From positions 11,028,454 through 11,092,453 of the forward strand of contig CM082596.2 of the NCBI GenBank assembly GCA_040954595.2: DNA of 64,000 bases, given 5' to 3'. Shown here in pieces: positions 25,046-39,564 of the stretch. The notes beneath the pieces are model-generated. The model was not told the DNA's origin, made no database searches, and saw only the letters and a program-made list of their open reading frames with translations. Both the position numbers and the translations under genes were made by a program. Positions within the stretch are counted from its first letter, which is position 1. Every line of letters starts with the position of its first letter. The stretch comes from Balanoglossus misakiensis. Lineage: Eukaryota > Animalia > Hemichordata.

Positions 25046-27649
25046 ATGAAAGAATGAATGGGGAAACAAAGGACGGCCAGTCTGACGCTAAGGGCCGTGT
25101 GCACAGGCCAAGCTGATTGGTCAGAAACGAAGCAAGTAAAGGTCAGCACCAACGGCGCTGATTGGTCGCGGAAATGGAGGTGGGGCTAGTGAAGACCACC
25201 TCGGTGTGTTCACAAAAAGCATCTGTGATACAACACAGATTTTACTAGGTGACCGGTTTATGTTTTTTTCTGCTATTTCCCGAGGGATTCATAATCAATT
25301 TTATTTTCCTATCACTTGACTGATTCTGGCGAATCACGACACAGCATGAGGTATATTATAACAAGTACTATATCCCATTAGTATGATTTAATGGTGAGGC
25401 CTTCGCCTTTAAAATCTGCCTAAACACAAATCGTCCCCCGTAAAAAGCATAATATAGACTATAGCCATATTTAAATATCTTTTCACTCAAGCACTTTAAT
25501 TAACTAACAGAATCATATATAGAATCACTACACTTTAGCAAATTTAGAAAAGAAATAAATGTCCTAATAGTTTCTGTACTAATGTTGAATAAATCAGTAA
25601 AACCTTTGCAATGTATGTGACTCTACATGTAGTTTATTGACAAGAGCTTTATTGTATCCTACACTTAAAACTCTCATGATTCAAGTGGAATCACCTACTG
25701 CATTTTTTATACTGGTTATATACGTCAATTTGACAAATTGTGTGTAGCCCATGAATACAGAAAAGGACACTCTAGAGTCTGTGAGATTTCTAGTGACGTC
25801 AATGCTGTCTACAACACCTGCTATCAAAAGATCATTTAGGTAGAGTTAGCAAACAACTTGGTCGGGGGGGGAATGCATCTTTATTTCAAATCCCCCCTCC
25901 CACTCTATGAAGGTTTCAAGTAATCATAGGTTTTATCATATGCCTTATTGAACGATAATCTACAAGAAACTAATAAAATACACATTCTGTAATATTTTGG
26001 AATGTAAATATTACGTGTTTATCTATCGTTTTGAAATGATCTATCCCGTAGCATAGAGGCGCATTCCTCCAGTTCTTGCGGATTGATATGCCATTTGTTT
26101 ACATTCTATTGCACGTGAGATATAGACGCGCTCGAACTCACACAGCCGAGCGCGAGCAAAACATTATTTTTTCTTCGCGACGATCTTTGTATAATGGCCT
26201 CAAAAATAAGCATTTTGGGAGGTTCTTCATATTTTTTTCACCACTAGAGACTCTAAACTTACTGAATATTTTATTTTCAGCAATTTTGAGATTTTATCTT
26301 GGTCAGTATGATAATGGCATATCAATACAACTGTTAAATTAAATACAGAATTGCCTAAAAATCCACTTTTATATAAGTTTTTTACCACTTCTAGATGTAA
26401 ACTTTTTTACAAACATGGTAGAACCTTGTTTGAAATATATCAAATCATTTTAAGGCAAACAAATAGAGGGTCACCAAGCATATTGTTGAGACACAGAAAA
26501 TTAAACATGGATTTCAGGCATCTTTAACAGCCCAGGATAGGCTGCAAAAGAGTTCGGTTGCTATAGCAACCAAAAGTATTGCAAACGCGTGAAAATTTCA
26601 GTCCCAAATTCACTAAATACATAGTATGTACTTAAATAACCTCACAGCACTACACTACTACTTTGTTTGAAAAACACTGGAAATAAAATTTAGCTTTTTA
26701 CACTATGCGCAGAAACCTGCGAAACCTGCGCAAAATGGTCAATTAGAAAGAAATTTTGAGATACCGCATACAAGTTCGCATACGCGTACATGTGTTCTGG
26801 GCACCAGATCGGCCAACCTAGACGTGGCGCCCTATCCTCGCCCGTTCTAATCCTGATATACATGTATCAGATCAATCTTGATTACATCTTCCTTCACAGT
26901 AACAATGACCACTGCTGTCAGACTAGACCTAAAGCACCTACAGAAACATGTGCATGACTTTTGGCCACTGATTTCCTGAGGTTGACTCTTTTCTTGGGCT
27001 TGACTAAGAGTTGCCCAACTTGATTTCCACTGAGATTCTGTTGGTTTGATATAACTTTGCTAGGTTTCTCACAGCACATGTTCTTTAGGAGCTGCCTGTA
27101 TTCTCGAGAACCCTTGACTTTCTGGAGAAGAGGTGTTGTATTACCCTTTGCATGACTTTGTGTATTGAACTGGTTGTTATTTCGAAGAACAAATCGGTCA
27201 ATTAGTAACATACAAGATTGATCTGATGCATGTACATCAGGATTAGGATACTATTCAAAGGAATGTATGGCAGTAAGCATGTTTTACAACCCACATGTCT
27301 GTCTCTGAGTGTTAAACTTGCCCAAAAAGTGTCATTAATGGGGGGAAAAGTGTAAATGTCAGTTTCTAGCCACTAGAGGGCGCTGTCTTTTGGGATCCAT
27401 ATTGGAAAATGTCCGCCATGGGTCAATGAATAATTGTACCAAATTTCATGCTTTTAACCTAAAGTGTACAATTTTTAAGTATGAATGTCTGTTTCTGGCC
27501 ACTAGAGGGCGCTGTCATTTTGGATCCATATCAGAAAATGGCCGCCATGGGTCAATGCATAAGTGTACCAAGTTTTATGCTTTTAACCCAAAGTGCACAA
27601 TTATGCCAAAATGTGCGGTTAAGCTCCTGCACTACATGGGACCTTTAAG

Positions 27650-29520
27650 TGTTCATGCAAAGTTTTGCATAATGCTGTCCACTATAGACTGGTTAAACAT
27701 TGACGCAAGGGTTGACCTTATAGAACTCTCAATTATGGTTTGTGTTGCGTGTTAATAAAAAGATGGGTACTGTACACTGTGACCTAGCTGGTTAAAGTTA
27801 AACATTGACACAACAGTTGCCTATATAGCATGTACAGTGTATAGATTGTTCATGCACAGACAAAGAGAAAAACAGACTAGCAACGCTATTGTCAAAAGGT
27901 GTGAAGTACATCTCCTAATCCCCTATGCGTGTCTCAGCTCGCCTTCAAGGTGCAGCTTGTCTCCGAAGTTTTCCGAACGTATCCACTTCGGCAATGTCCG
28001 GAATTTTCCCGATAATAAAACGAAAGTGTTTTTGTGAAAGTTCGTGTTGTCGTTTTCAGTCAGCTGTAGACGGAAGGCGAGTGGACAGTGAAAATTGGAG
28101 GAAGTTTGAGCATCGGAGCGATGAGTTTTACCATTTAATAAAAACTTATGAATATATAATAAGTGTGTTTGATCGTAAATTTTAAAAGGTTTAATCATCC
28201 ATCTCGATTTTTTTGGAATGGATTCCTGTTCGCCGAATCGTGTTCTGTAAATTTGCATGGGTTGTAGATGCAAATTTTACTTCTAACGTGTAAATCAAAT
28301 GTAAATCGTGGTCGTCGTGAAGTAGTGTTTCAGTCGAGTCCTGAGTGCAAAGCTGTGTCAGGCAAGGTACTGCAGCTGTCGATAATGACACAACCGCAAA
28401 GTATTCTGGGAAGTCTCCGCGGTGTCTAACCCATTTGACACATTTGAAGCCTATTGTTTCCCCTTGTTTGCCGAGGTGAACAAGACATCAAAGGAACATG
28501 CCGCGTTGCTAGTCTGTTTTTTCTCTTTGTCTGTGGTTCATGCAAAGTCTTGCATAATGCTGTCCACTATGGACTGGTTAAACATTGACGCAAGGGTTGA
28601 CCTTATAGAACTCTCAAATATGGTTTGTGTTGCGTGTTTATAAAAAGATGGGTACTGTACACTGTGACCTGGTTAAACTTAAACATTGACACAACAGTTG
28701 CCCATATAGCATGTACAGTGTATAGAGTGTTCATGCAAAGTCTTGCATAATGCTGTCCACTATGGACTGGTTAAACATTGATTGATGCAAGGGTTGACCT
28801 TATAGAACTCTCAAATATAGGGTTGTGTTGAGTGTTAATAAAAAGATGGGTACTGTACACTGTGACCTGGTTGAACATTGACACAACAGTTGCCCATATA
28901 GCATGTATGGTGTATTGAGTGTTCATGCAAAGTTTTGCATAATACGTCCTCTATGGACATGGTTAAACATTGACGCAAAGGGTGACCATATAGAACTCTC
29001 AAATATGGGTTGTGTTGAGTGTTAATAAAAAGATGGGTACTGTACACTGTGACCTGGTTAAACATTGACACAACAGTTGCCCACATAGCATGTACAGTGT
29101 ATTGAGTGTTCACGCAAAGTTTTGCATAATACTGTCCACTATGGACTGGTTAAACATTGACGCAAGGGTCGACCATATAGAACTCTCAAATATGGGTTGT
29201 GTTGAGTGTTAATAAAAAGATGGGTACTGTACACTGTGACCTGGTTAAACATTGACACAACAGTTGCCCATATAGCATGTACAGTGTATATAGTGTTCAT
29301 GCAAAGTCTTGCATAATGCTGTCCACTATGGACTGGTTAAACATTGACGCAAGGGTCGACCATATAGAACTCTCAAATATGGGTTGTGTTGAGTGTTAAT
29401 AAAAAGATGGGTACTGTACACTGTGACCTGGTTAAACATTGACACAACAGTTGCCCATATAGCATGTACAGTGTATAGAGTGTTCATGCAAAGTCTTGCA
29501 TAATGCTGTCCACTATGGAC
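27650..29520. repeat. ~187-bp tandem repeat array interrupted by a MITE (mirror copy ~38580-40450)
   Basis: The GTTCA(T/C)GCAAAG...CTATGGAC unit recurs at ~28921, 29108, 29295 and 29482. Confidence 0.9.
27855..28535. mobile_element. P-type MITE, 681 bp
   Basis: ~32-bp TIR CACAGACAAAGAGAAAAACAGACTAGCAACGC. 7-bp TSD GTTCATG at 27848-27854 and 28536-28542. Confidence 0.88.
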
Positions 29521-31034
29521 TTTAGTGCAGGAGCTTAACCCCACATTTTGGCATAATTGTGCACTTTGGGTTAAAAGCATAAAACTTGGTACACTTATTC
29601 ATTGACCCATGGCGGACATTTTCCAATATGGATCCCAAAAGACAGCGCCCTCTAGTGGCTAGAAACTGACATTCATACTTAAAAACTGTGCACTTTGGGT
29701 TAAAAGCATGAAATTTGGTACAATTATTCATTGACCCATGGCGGACATTTTCCAATATGGATCCCAAAAGACAGCGCCCTCTAGTGGCTAGAAACTGACA
29801 TTTACACTTTTCCCCCCATTAATGACACTTTTTGGGCAAGTTTAACACACACAATGTGGGTTGTAAAACATGCTTGCTGCCATACATTCCTTTGAATAGT
29901 ATCCTAATCCTGATGTACATGCATCAGATCAATCTTGTATGTTACTAATTGAACGATTTGTTCTTCGAAATAACAACCAGTTCAATACACAAAGTCATGC
30001 AAAGGGGTAATACAACACCTCTTCTCCAGAAAGTCAAGGGTTCTCGAGAATACAGGCAGCTCCTAAAGAACATGTGCTGTGAGAAACCTAGCAAAGTTTT
30101 ATCAAACCAACAGAATCCCAGTGGAAATCAAGTTGGACAACTCTTAGTCAAGCCCAAGAAAAGAGTCAACATCAGGAAATCAGTGGCCAAAAGTCATGCA
30201 CATGTAGGTGCTTTAGGTCTAGTCTGACAGCAGTGGTCACTGTTACTGTGAAGGAAGATGTAATCAAGATTGATCTGATACATGTATATCAGGATTAGGA
30301 TAATATACACATGAATGTATGGTAGCAAGCATGTTTTACAACCCACATTCCTGTTTCTGAGTGTTACAAATGACCAAAAAGTGCCATTAATGGGGGGAAA
30401 GTGTGAATGTCAGTTTCTGGCCACAAGAGGGCGCTGTTATTTTGGATCCATATCATAAAATGGCCGCCATGGGTCAATGCATAAGTGTACCAAGTTTCAG
30501 GCTTTTAACCCGAAGTGCACGGTTTTTAAGTATGAATGTATGTTTCTGGCCAATAGAGGGTGCTGTCATTTTGGATCCATATCAGAAAATGGCCGCCATG
30601 GGTCAATGCATAAGTGTACCAAGTTTCATGCTTTTAACCCAAAGTGCACAATTTTTTGTTAACTGCCCCACTAAAAGCGACATCTGATCGATCTATTATT
30701 CAAATGAAGAGTTGTAAATGACTGCAGTGTTAGAAGGGAATCGTTTGCATTAAATTCGTCCAAAGTATAAGACTTACAATTATAGTTATTTTGCAAGAAG
30801 TGGTCTGTGGTTTCGCCGATGATGAGTTTGCTTGTACACTATGATGTAGTAGTTAAAGGACGCCTAGCAGATTTTGGCGAGACTTTCCTCATTCGGAATG
30901 TAGACAGTTGGTGACCTGTCGACTTTCTTTGTCAGGATTTTTCCATATTGCGTCCACAAGTATTTCCATCCATATTCATTTCTTCTGGCATTTACCTTTG
31001 TGAATAAAGATCTTCGTCCTGGTGTCAGATTTTC

Positions 31035-32905
31035 AATTCACAGTGTTTTTTATCGGGCCGGCTGACCATGCAATTCAATACATTCTCAAAAATGCAAAGG
31101 AGAATGTTGCGACACAGTTGAGAGAAGTTGATGTACTCATAATTGATGAATTTTATGGAAAGTACTCGTCTGTTCAGTGTCATTGCTATATTAAGTAAAG
31201 TGGGCAGAGAAGGCAAGCAATCGTTTGGTGGTATCCAAGTGATTGCAATTGGAGACTTCCATCAATTACCACCAGTACCAAGCCACGTGGATGATGGAGA
31301 ATACCCATTCCAGTCCCCATTATGGGAAACAACCTTCAGACACATCATTGTCCTCAAAACTATCTATAGACAGCAACACAATCAGCAAGAGTTCCTCCCA
31401 GCTTTGAATGGTGTCCGCCTCGGTCAATGCAGTCCTCGTACATTGGATTTCCTCAACACCTTGAAGCGGCCTCTGCTGAACCCAGAAAACCAAACCCACA
31501 TCTACTTTCATAATGCAGATGTGAACCTCCACAACATGTGTCAGCTTGATAAGTTAACAGGACAATGCCATGTTTTCCAGGCAGTTGATAAAGGGGACGT
31601 GCATCAAGTGGAAAGGCGTGCCATTGTACCAAACAAGCTCTTACTAAAGGTTGGTGCTCTTGTGATGCTGGTATACATTCTCAGTGACAGCCTTCACAAT
31701 GGAAGCACTGGCATTTTCAAAGGTATAGATGAAAATGGAAATCTTGTTGTAGCATTTGAGGATAGCCTGATATAGGTGTCTGTACATCGTCAAACGTGGA
31801 CTTTTAAAACGACCAGGGAGTTGGGATTGGAAGGCGCTGCCAAATCCATTTGAAGCTGTGCTGGGCAATGATAGCACATAAATGTCAGGGACAAACGATC
31901 AAGAATGTTGCCATACACGCAGGCAACGAATTTGTTCCAGGGCAATTATATGTATCACTTTCACGGGCAAAATCAAAAGATACAGTTCTCTTGTTTAGTT
32001 TTACCCCACAGAGGATGCTTCCAGTCAACAGTCTAGTATCTTCTTTCTATGAAATACTATGCATTCAGGGTCAAGAAACGCCAGAAGATATTGCCTGTTG
32101 CAGCAAAGACGTAGAGTGTGACATGGTATGCAGTGAAGATATCCAGATGATAAGAAATGATGATGGAGAGGCATATGTACAATCAACATATGACACGGAT
32201 GATAGTGACAAGACTACCATAGATTTGAGGGACATTTATGGATAAAAGCCACAGAGAGCTAGAAGAACTCCCACATGACTCCAGTGCAGACACATTCCTA
32301 CATGAACTTAAAGATGTTTCTCCATTTGCTGAAGTGGAAGATTCACTGTCCGGGCGTTTGAACTGTCTGATTGACAAATTAGAAGATATGCCAGAGCTGT
32401 TTATTTTATTTCTAAAGATACAATAGCTGAAGATATTTTGTACTACAAAGAAAGGAATTGAAGAAAATGAAGAAGTAAAGCTTATACTAGCAGATTTCAA
32501 GAACATGCATGGCTGGCTTACTGCACGATATCTGCAACGAACACAGCTTATCGAAGAGGGTGCATCCCTTTTTGGTATCCCTATCACCAGTATGAAAGAT
32601 GAATACTTCACCTTACTAACTAACATTGTAGATTAATGATCTCGCAGATGCACTGTCTTATTTCCCGTGCAGAAAAAAGAAGTCTTGAGGCGACGCAAAA
32701 TATCGTACATATAGAAGAAATCGGGGGTGATGGCAGAGGAAAAATACGCTACTTGGCTGGGTGGACACTTCGTAAAGAAATTGAAAGCATTTCAAAATAC
32801 ATAAAAAACTATCTGTACTCTACTGATAAGAAAGTCAATAAACGGTTGAAATTGGAGTACCAGACAAAGAATCTCTGGACTTTCTTACAGTTCCAGATAC
32901 ACTGA
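31035..32905 (+). pseudogene. Pif1-family (SF1B) DNA helicase fragment with C-terminal extension, copy 1
   Basis: Motifs VLIIDE, GGIQVIAIGDFHQLPPV, IYRQ, LKVGALVML, LHNGSTG, HKCQGQT and GQLYVSLSRAKS. Several frameshifts and stops; no Walker A seen. Confidence 0.88.
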
Positions 32906-35188
32906 TACACAGTTGTGTACTAATATTACCAAGTTTTTTGACATGCTGGTGTAAAATTTGTGTTATTCAGACATCATCGACATTTGGTTGGAAATGTAAA
33001 TACGTAAAAAAAAATCAGAAAATTTTAGATTTTCTCACAAATGGGAAACTTTTGAAACATACATACATGTAGATGAAAGATATAATCTTATCGATTACGT
33101 TAATCTTTCATCCTAGAAAGTTAGATGTTAATTTGTTTATATGTTAATCATGTGTGTTATATATAACCGAAAATAATAGTATTTTATCTTTTCACCATGT
33201 GTCGTAAACTGGAATTGTTCATAAATAACTGTATAAGTACAATTCGGGAAATATGATGGTAAAAGAGAAGGTTTCGCGGTTTGTAGAATATTAATCTGTA
33301 TAAACGGACGAATGAAATGTATCATCAGGTTGTTTAGTGGCAAACCATGTCGTCAGCTGTCGATGTCGAATACAACATTCGGTACCCGATCAAAATCACA
33401 CAGTCGCCAGTCCTAGCTGAAGTTCGATTTAGGTCAAAATAACGTCAAATAACAAAATATATTTATTCGAAATGGATTAGACTTTTACTTGGCTGCCTTA
33501 GCCATAGGTTCTTTGGGTTTGGATTACTACAACAAAGTGTTAAAGTTTCATAATTTGTCACGTAACAAAATTTGCTGTTCTTTTTTTTTTCTCAAAAGAG
33601 TTGTCACGATACATACTCTGCAGCATATTCTAGTGTATATAAGTAAAATACGAAACCTCTGTCAGAATATATCCAGTATAGAACATTTGCTGTTGTCACA
33701 AAGTGTCTATAGTGTTGTGTGTTGTCTTGTGTGTCCAGTGTTGTTTTTGTGTGGTGGTTAAAGGTTAGTTAGGATTTGCTGCACGTCTACTTGTCTGAGG
33801 TGGTTAGACAGTTAGTTACACATTAGAAAATTTTGTAAAATAAAGGGCACGAAACTGCATTTTTGTGGACTCAAAATAAATATTTAGTCGTTAAAGTTTT
33901 CAAGTCCCCCTTTCAGTCCCTAAATTATTTCAAATCCCCCCTTACATACCCTCAATTTTTTCAAATCCCCCCCCTCAATTCTCCTGCCCCCCCCCCCCTC
34001 CAGAGGTGTTTGTGAATGCAGCCTTATACCACCTTCCAGGCGCATTGCTGTACATATTTTCTACAATAATTTATTCAGAATGATTGTCCACTGTTCTCCA
34101 CTGTCTATTGTTTTAGTTTCTCCCCGAATTATCACCTCCGAATTATTCATGCAGACCAAGTCAGTGCAGAGATTATGTAATCCAGGGCTGGTGAATTGTC
34201 CATGCGCAGTTATTCACACTGGTGTTGTGTCATAGCAGAGTTCATTTTGTCAAAGCCGTTCGATGCTAAGATGTGTAACTAACTGTCTAACCACCTCAGA
34301 CAAGTAGACGTGCAGCAAATCCTAACTAACCTTTAACCACCACACAAAAACAACACTGGACACACAAGACAACACACAACACTATAGACACTTTGTGACA
34401 ACAGCAAATGTTCTATACTGGATATATTCTGACAGAGGTTTCGTATTTTACTTATATACACTAGAATATGCTGCAGAGTATGTATCGTGACAACTCTTTT
34501 GAGAAAAAAAAAAGAACAGCAAATTTTGTTACGTGACAAATTATGAAACTTTAACACTTTGTTGTAGTAATCCAAACCCAAAGAACCTATGGCTAAGGCA
34601 GCCAAGTAAAAGTCTAATCCATTTCGAATAAATATATTTTGTTATTTGACGTTATTTTGACCTAAATCGAACTTCAGCTAGGACTGGCGACTGTGTGATT
34701 TTGATCGGGTACCGAATGTTGTATTCGACATCGACAGCTGACGACATGGTTTGCCACTAAACAACCTGATGATACATTTCATTCGTCCGTTTATACAGAT
34801 TAATATTCTACAAACCGCGAAACCTTCTCTTTTACCATCATATTTCCCGAATTGTACTTATACAGTTATTTATGAACAATTCCAGTTTACGACACATGGT
34901 GAAAAGATAAAATACTATTATTTTCGGTTATATATAACACACATGATTAACATATAAACAAATTAACATCTAACTTTCTAGGATGAAAGATTAACGTAAT
35001 CGATAAGATTATATCTTTCATCTACATGTATGTATGTTTCAAAAGTTTCCCATTTGTGAGAAAATCTAAAATTTTCTGATTTTTTTTTACGTATTTACAT
35101 TTCCAACCAAATGTCGATGATGTCTGAATAACACAAATTTTACACCAGCATGTCAAAAAACTTGGTAATATTAGTACACAACTGTGTA

Positions 35189-37065
35189 TCAGTGTATCTG
35201 GAACTGTAAGAAAGTCCACAGATTCTTTGTCTGGTACTCCAATTTCAACCGTTTATTGACTTTCTTATCAGTAGAGTACAGATAGTTTTTTATGTATTTT
35301 GAAATGCTTTCAATTTCTTTACGAAGTGTCCACCCAGCCAAGTAGCGTATTTTTCCTCTGCCATCACCCCCGATTTCTTCTATATGTACGATATTTTGCG
35401 TCGCCTCAAGACTTCTTTTTTCTGCAGACAGTGCTTCTTTTCTAAGACAGTGCATCTGCGAGATCATTAATCTACAATGTTAGTTAGTAAGGTGAAGTAT
35501 TCATCTTTCATACTGGTGATAGGGATACCAAAAAGGGATGCACCCTCTTCGATAAGCTGTGTTCGTTGCAGATATCGTGCAGTAAGCCAGCCATGCATGT
35601 TCTTGAAATCTGCTAGTATAAGCTTTACTTCTTCATTTTCTTCAATTCCTTTCTTTGTAGTACAAACTATCTTCAGTCATTGTATCTTTAGAAATAAAAT
35701 AAACAGCTCTGGCATATCTTCTAATTTGTCAATCAGACAGTTCAAACGCCCGGACAGTGAATCTTCCACTTCAGCAAATGGAGAAACATCTTTAAGTTCA
35801 TGTAGGAATGTGTCTGCACTGGAGTCATGTGGGAGTTCTAGCTCTCTGTGGCTTTTATCCATAAATGTCCCTCAAATCTATGGTAGTCTTGTCACTATCA
35901 TCCGTGTCATATGTTGATTGTACATATGCCTCTCCATCATCATTTCTTATCATCTGGATATCTTCACTGCATACCATGTCACACTCTACGTCTTTGCTGC
36001 AACAGGCAATATCTTCTGGCGTTTCTTGACCCTGAATGCATAGTATTTCATAGAAAGAAGATACTAGACTGTTGACTGGAAGCATCCTCTGTGGGGTAAA
36101 ACTAAACAAGAGAACTGTATCTTTTGATTTTGCCCGTGAAAGTGATACATATAATTGCCCTGGAACAAATTCGTTGCCTGCGTGTATGGCAACATTCTTG
36201 ATCGTTTGTCCCTGACATTTATGTGCTATCATTGCCCAGCACAGCTTCAAATGGATTTGGCAGCGCCTTCCAATCCCAACTCCCTGGTCGTTTTAAAAGT
36301 CCACGTTTGACGATGTACAGACACCTATATCAGGCTATCCTCAAATGCTACAACAAGATTTCCATTTTCATCTATACCTTTGAAAATGCCAGTGCTTCCA
36401 TTGTGAAGGCTGTCACTGAGAATGTATACCAGCATCACAAGAGCACCAACCTTTAGTAAGAGCTTGTTTGGTGCAATGGCACGCCTTTCCACTTGATGCA
36501 CGTCCCCTTTATCAACTGCCTGGAAAACATGGCATTGTCCTGTTAACTTATCAAGCTGACACATGTTGTGGAGGTTCACATCTGCATTATGAAAGTAGAT
36601 GTGGGTTTGGTTTTCTGGGTTCAGCAGAGGCCGCTTCAAGGTGTTGAGGAAATCCAATGTACGAGGACTGCATTGACCGAGGCGGACACCATTCAAAGCT
36701 GGGAGGAACTCTTGCTGATTGTGTTGCTGTCTATAGATAGTTTTGAGGACAATGATGTGTCTGAAGGTTGTTTCCCATAATGGGGACTGGAATGGGTATT
36801 CTCCATCATCCACGTGGCTTGGTACTGGTGGTAATTGATGGAAGTCTCCAATTGCAATCACTTGGATACCACCAAACGATTGCTTGCCTTCTCTGCCCAC
36901 TTTACTTAATATAGCAATGACACTGAACAGACGAGCACTTTCCATAAAATTCATCAATTATGAGTACATCAACTTCTCTCAACTGTGTCGCAACATTCTC
37001 CTTTGCATTTTTGAGAATGTATTGAATTGCATGGTCAGCCAGCCCGATAAAAAACACTGTGAATT
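35189..37065 (-). pseudogene. Pif1-family helicase fragment, copy 2 (inverted)
   Basis: ORFs 36325-36957, 35855-36250 and 35189-35467 are near-identical to copy 1. Confidence 0.88.
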
Positions 37066-39564
37066 GAAAATCTGACACCAGGACGAAGATCTTTATTCAC
37101 AAAGGTAAATGCCAGAAGAAATGAATATGGATGGAAATACTTGTGGACGCAATATGGAAAAATCCTGACAAAGAAAGTCGACAGGTCACCAACTGTCTAC
37201 ATTCCGAATGAGGAAAGTCTCGCCAAAATCTGCTAGGCGTCCTTTAACTACTACATCATAGTGTACAAGCAAACTCATCATCGGCGAAACCACAGACCAC
37301 TTCTTGCAAAATAACTATAATTGTAAGTCTTATACTTTGGACGAATTTAATGCAAACGATTCCCTTCTAACACTGCAGTCATTTTCAACTCTTCATTTGA
37401 ATAATAGATCGATCAGATGTCGCTTTTAGTGGGGCAGTTAACAAAAAATTGTGCACTTTGGGTTAAAAGCATGAAACTTGGTACACTTATGCATTGACCC
37501 ATGGCGGCCATTTTCTGATATGGATCCAAAATGACAGCACCCTCTATTGGCCAGAAACATACATTCATACTTAAAAACCGTGCACTTCGGGTTAAAAGCC
37601 TGAAACTTGGTACACTTATGCATTGACCCATGGCGGCCATTTTATGATATGGATCCAAAATAACAGCGCCCTCTTGTGGCCAGAAACTGACATTCACACT
37701 TTCCCCCCATTAATGGCACTTTTTGGTCATTTGTAACACTCAGAAACAGGAATGTGGGTTGTAAAACATGCTTGCTACCATACATTCATGTGTACATTAT
37801 CCTAATCCTGATATACATGTATCAGATCAATCTTGATTACATCTTCCTTCACAGTAACAATGACCACTGCTGTCAGACTAGACCTAAAGCACCTACATGT
37901 GCATGACTTTTGGCCACTGATTTCCTGATGTTGACTCTTTTCTTGGGCTTGACTAAGAGTTGTCCAACTTGATTTCCACTGGGATTCTGTTGGTTTGATA
38001 AAACTTTGCTAGGTTTCTCACAGCACATGTTCTTTAGGAGCTGCCTGTATTCTCGAGAACCCTTGACTTTCTGGAGAAGAGGTGTTGTATTACCCCTTTG
38101 CATGACTTTGTGTATTGAACTGGTTGTTATTTCGAAGAACAAATCGTTCAATTAGTAACATACAAGATTGATCTGATGCATGTACATCAGGATTAGGATA
38201 CTATTCAAAGGAATGTATGGCAGCAAGCATGTTTTACAACCCACATTGTGTGTGTTAAACTTGCCCAAAAAGTGTCATTAATGGGGGGAAAAGTGTAAAT
38301 GTCAGTTTCTAGCCACTAGAGGGCGCTGTCTTTTGGGATCCATATTGGAAAATGTCCGCCATGGGTCAATGAATAATTGTACCAAATTTCATGCTTTTAA
38401 CCCAAAGTGCACAGTTTTTAAGTATGAATGTCAGTTTCTAGCCACTAGAGGGCGCTGTCTTTTGGGATCCATATTGGAAAATGTCCGCCATGGGTCAATG
38501 AATAAGTGTACCAAGTTTTATGCTTTTAACCCAAAGTGCACAATTATGCCAAAATGTGGGGTTAAGCTCCTGCACTACAGTCCATAGTGGACAGCATTAT
38601 GCAAGACTTTGCATGAACACTCTATACACTGTACATGCTATATGGGCAACTGTTGTGTCAATGTTTAACCAGGTCACAGTGTACAGTACCCATCTTTTTA
38701 TTAACACTCAACACAACCCATATTTGAGAGTTCTATATGGTCGACCCTTGCGTCAATGTTTAACCAGTCCATAGTGGACAGCATTATGCAAGACTTTGCA
38801 TGAACACTATATACACTGTACATGCTATATGGGCAACTGTTGTGTCAATGTTTAACCAGGTCACAGTGTACAGTACCCATCTTTTTATTAACACTCAACA
38901 CAACCCATATTTGAGAGTTCTATATGGTCAACCCTTGCGTCAATGTTTAACCAGTCCATATTGGACAGTATTATGCAAAACTTTGCATGAACACTCAATA
39001 CACTGTACATGCTATGTGGGCAACTGTTGTGTCAATGTTTAACCAGGTCACAGTGTACAGTACCCATCTTTTTATTAACACTCAACACAACCCATATTTG
39101 AGAGTTCTATATGGTCACCCTTTGCGTCAATGTTTAACCATGTCCATAGAGGATGTATTATGCAAAACTTTGCATGAACACTCAATACACCATACATGCT
39201 ATATGGGCAACTGTTGTGTCAATGTTCAACCAGGTCACAGTGTACAGTACCCATCTTTTTATTAACACTCAACACAACCCTATATTTGAGAGTTCTATAA
39301 GGTCAACCCTTGCATCAATCAATGTTTAACCAGTCCATAGTGGACAGCATTATGCAAGACTTTGCATGAACACTCTATACACTGTACATGCTATATGGGC
39401 AACTGTTGTGTCAATGTTTAAGTTTAACCAGGTCACAGTGTACAGTACCCATCTTTTTATAAACACGCAACACAAACCATATTTGAGAGTTCTATAAGGT
39501 CAACCCTTGCGTCAATGTTTAACCAGTCCATAGTGGACAGCATTATGCAAGACTTTGCATGAAC

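Larger units (their letters stand above)
22349..25246 (-). mobile_element. Non-autonomous Ngaro-type element with split direct repeats (A1-gag-B1-A2-B2)
   Basis: Repeat A (201 bp): 25046-25246 = 22739-22939. Repeat B (297 bp): 22942-23238 = 22349-22645. On the minus strand the order is A1...B1 A2...B2. No RT or recombinase is present. Confidence 0.88.
26847..30298. repeat. Local inverted repeat pair, ~780 bp (26847-27634 / 29523-30298)
   Basis: Mirror ORFs 26918-27211(-) vs 29949-30227(+) and 27390(+) vs 29767(-). The arms differ by SNPs and small indels. Confidence 0.9.
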
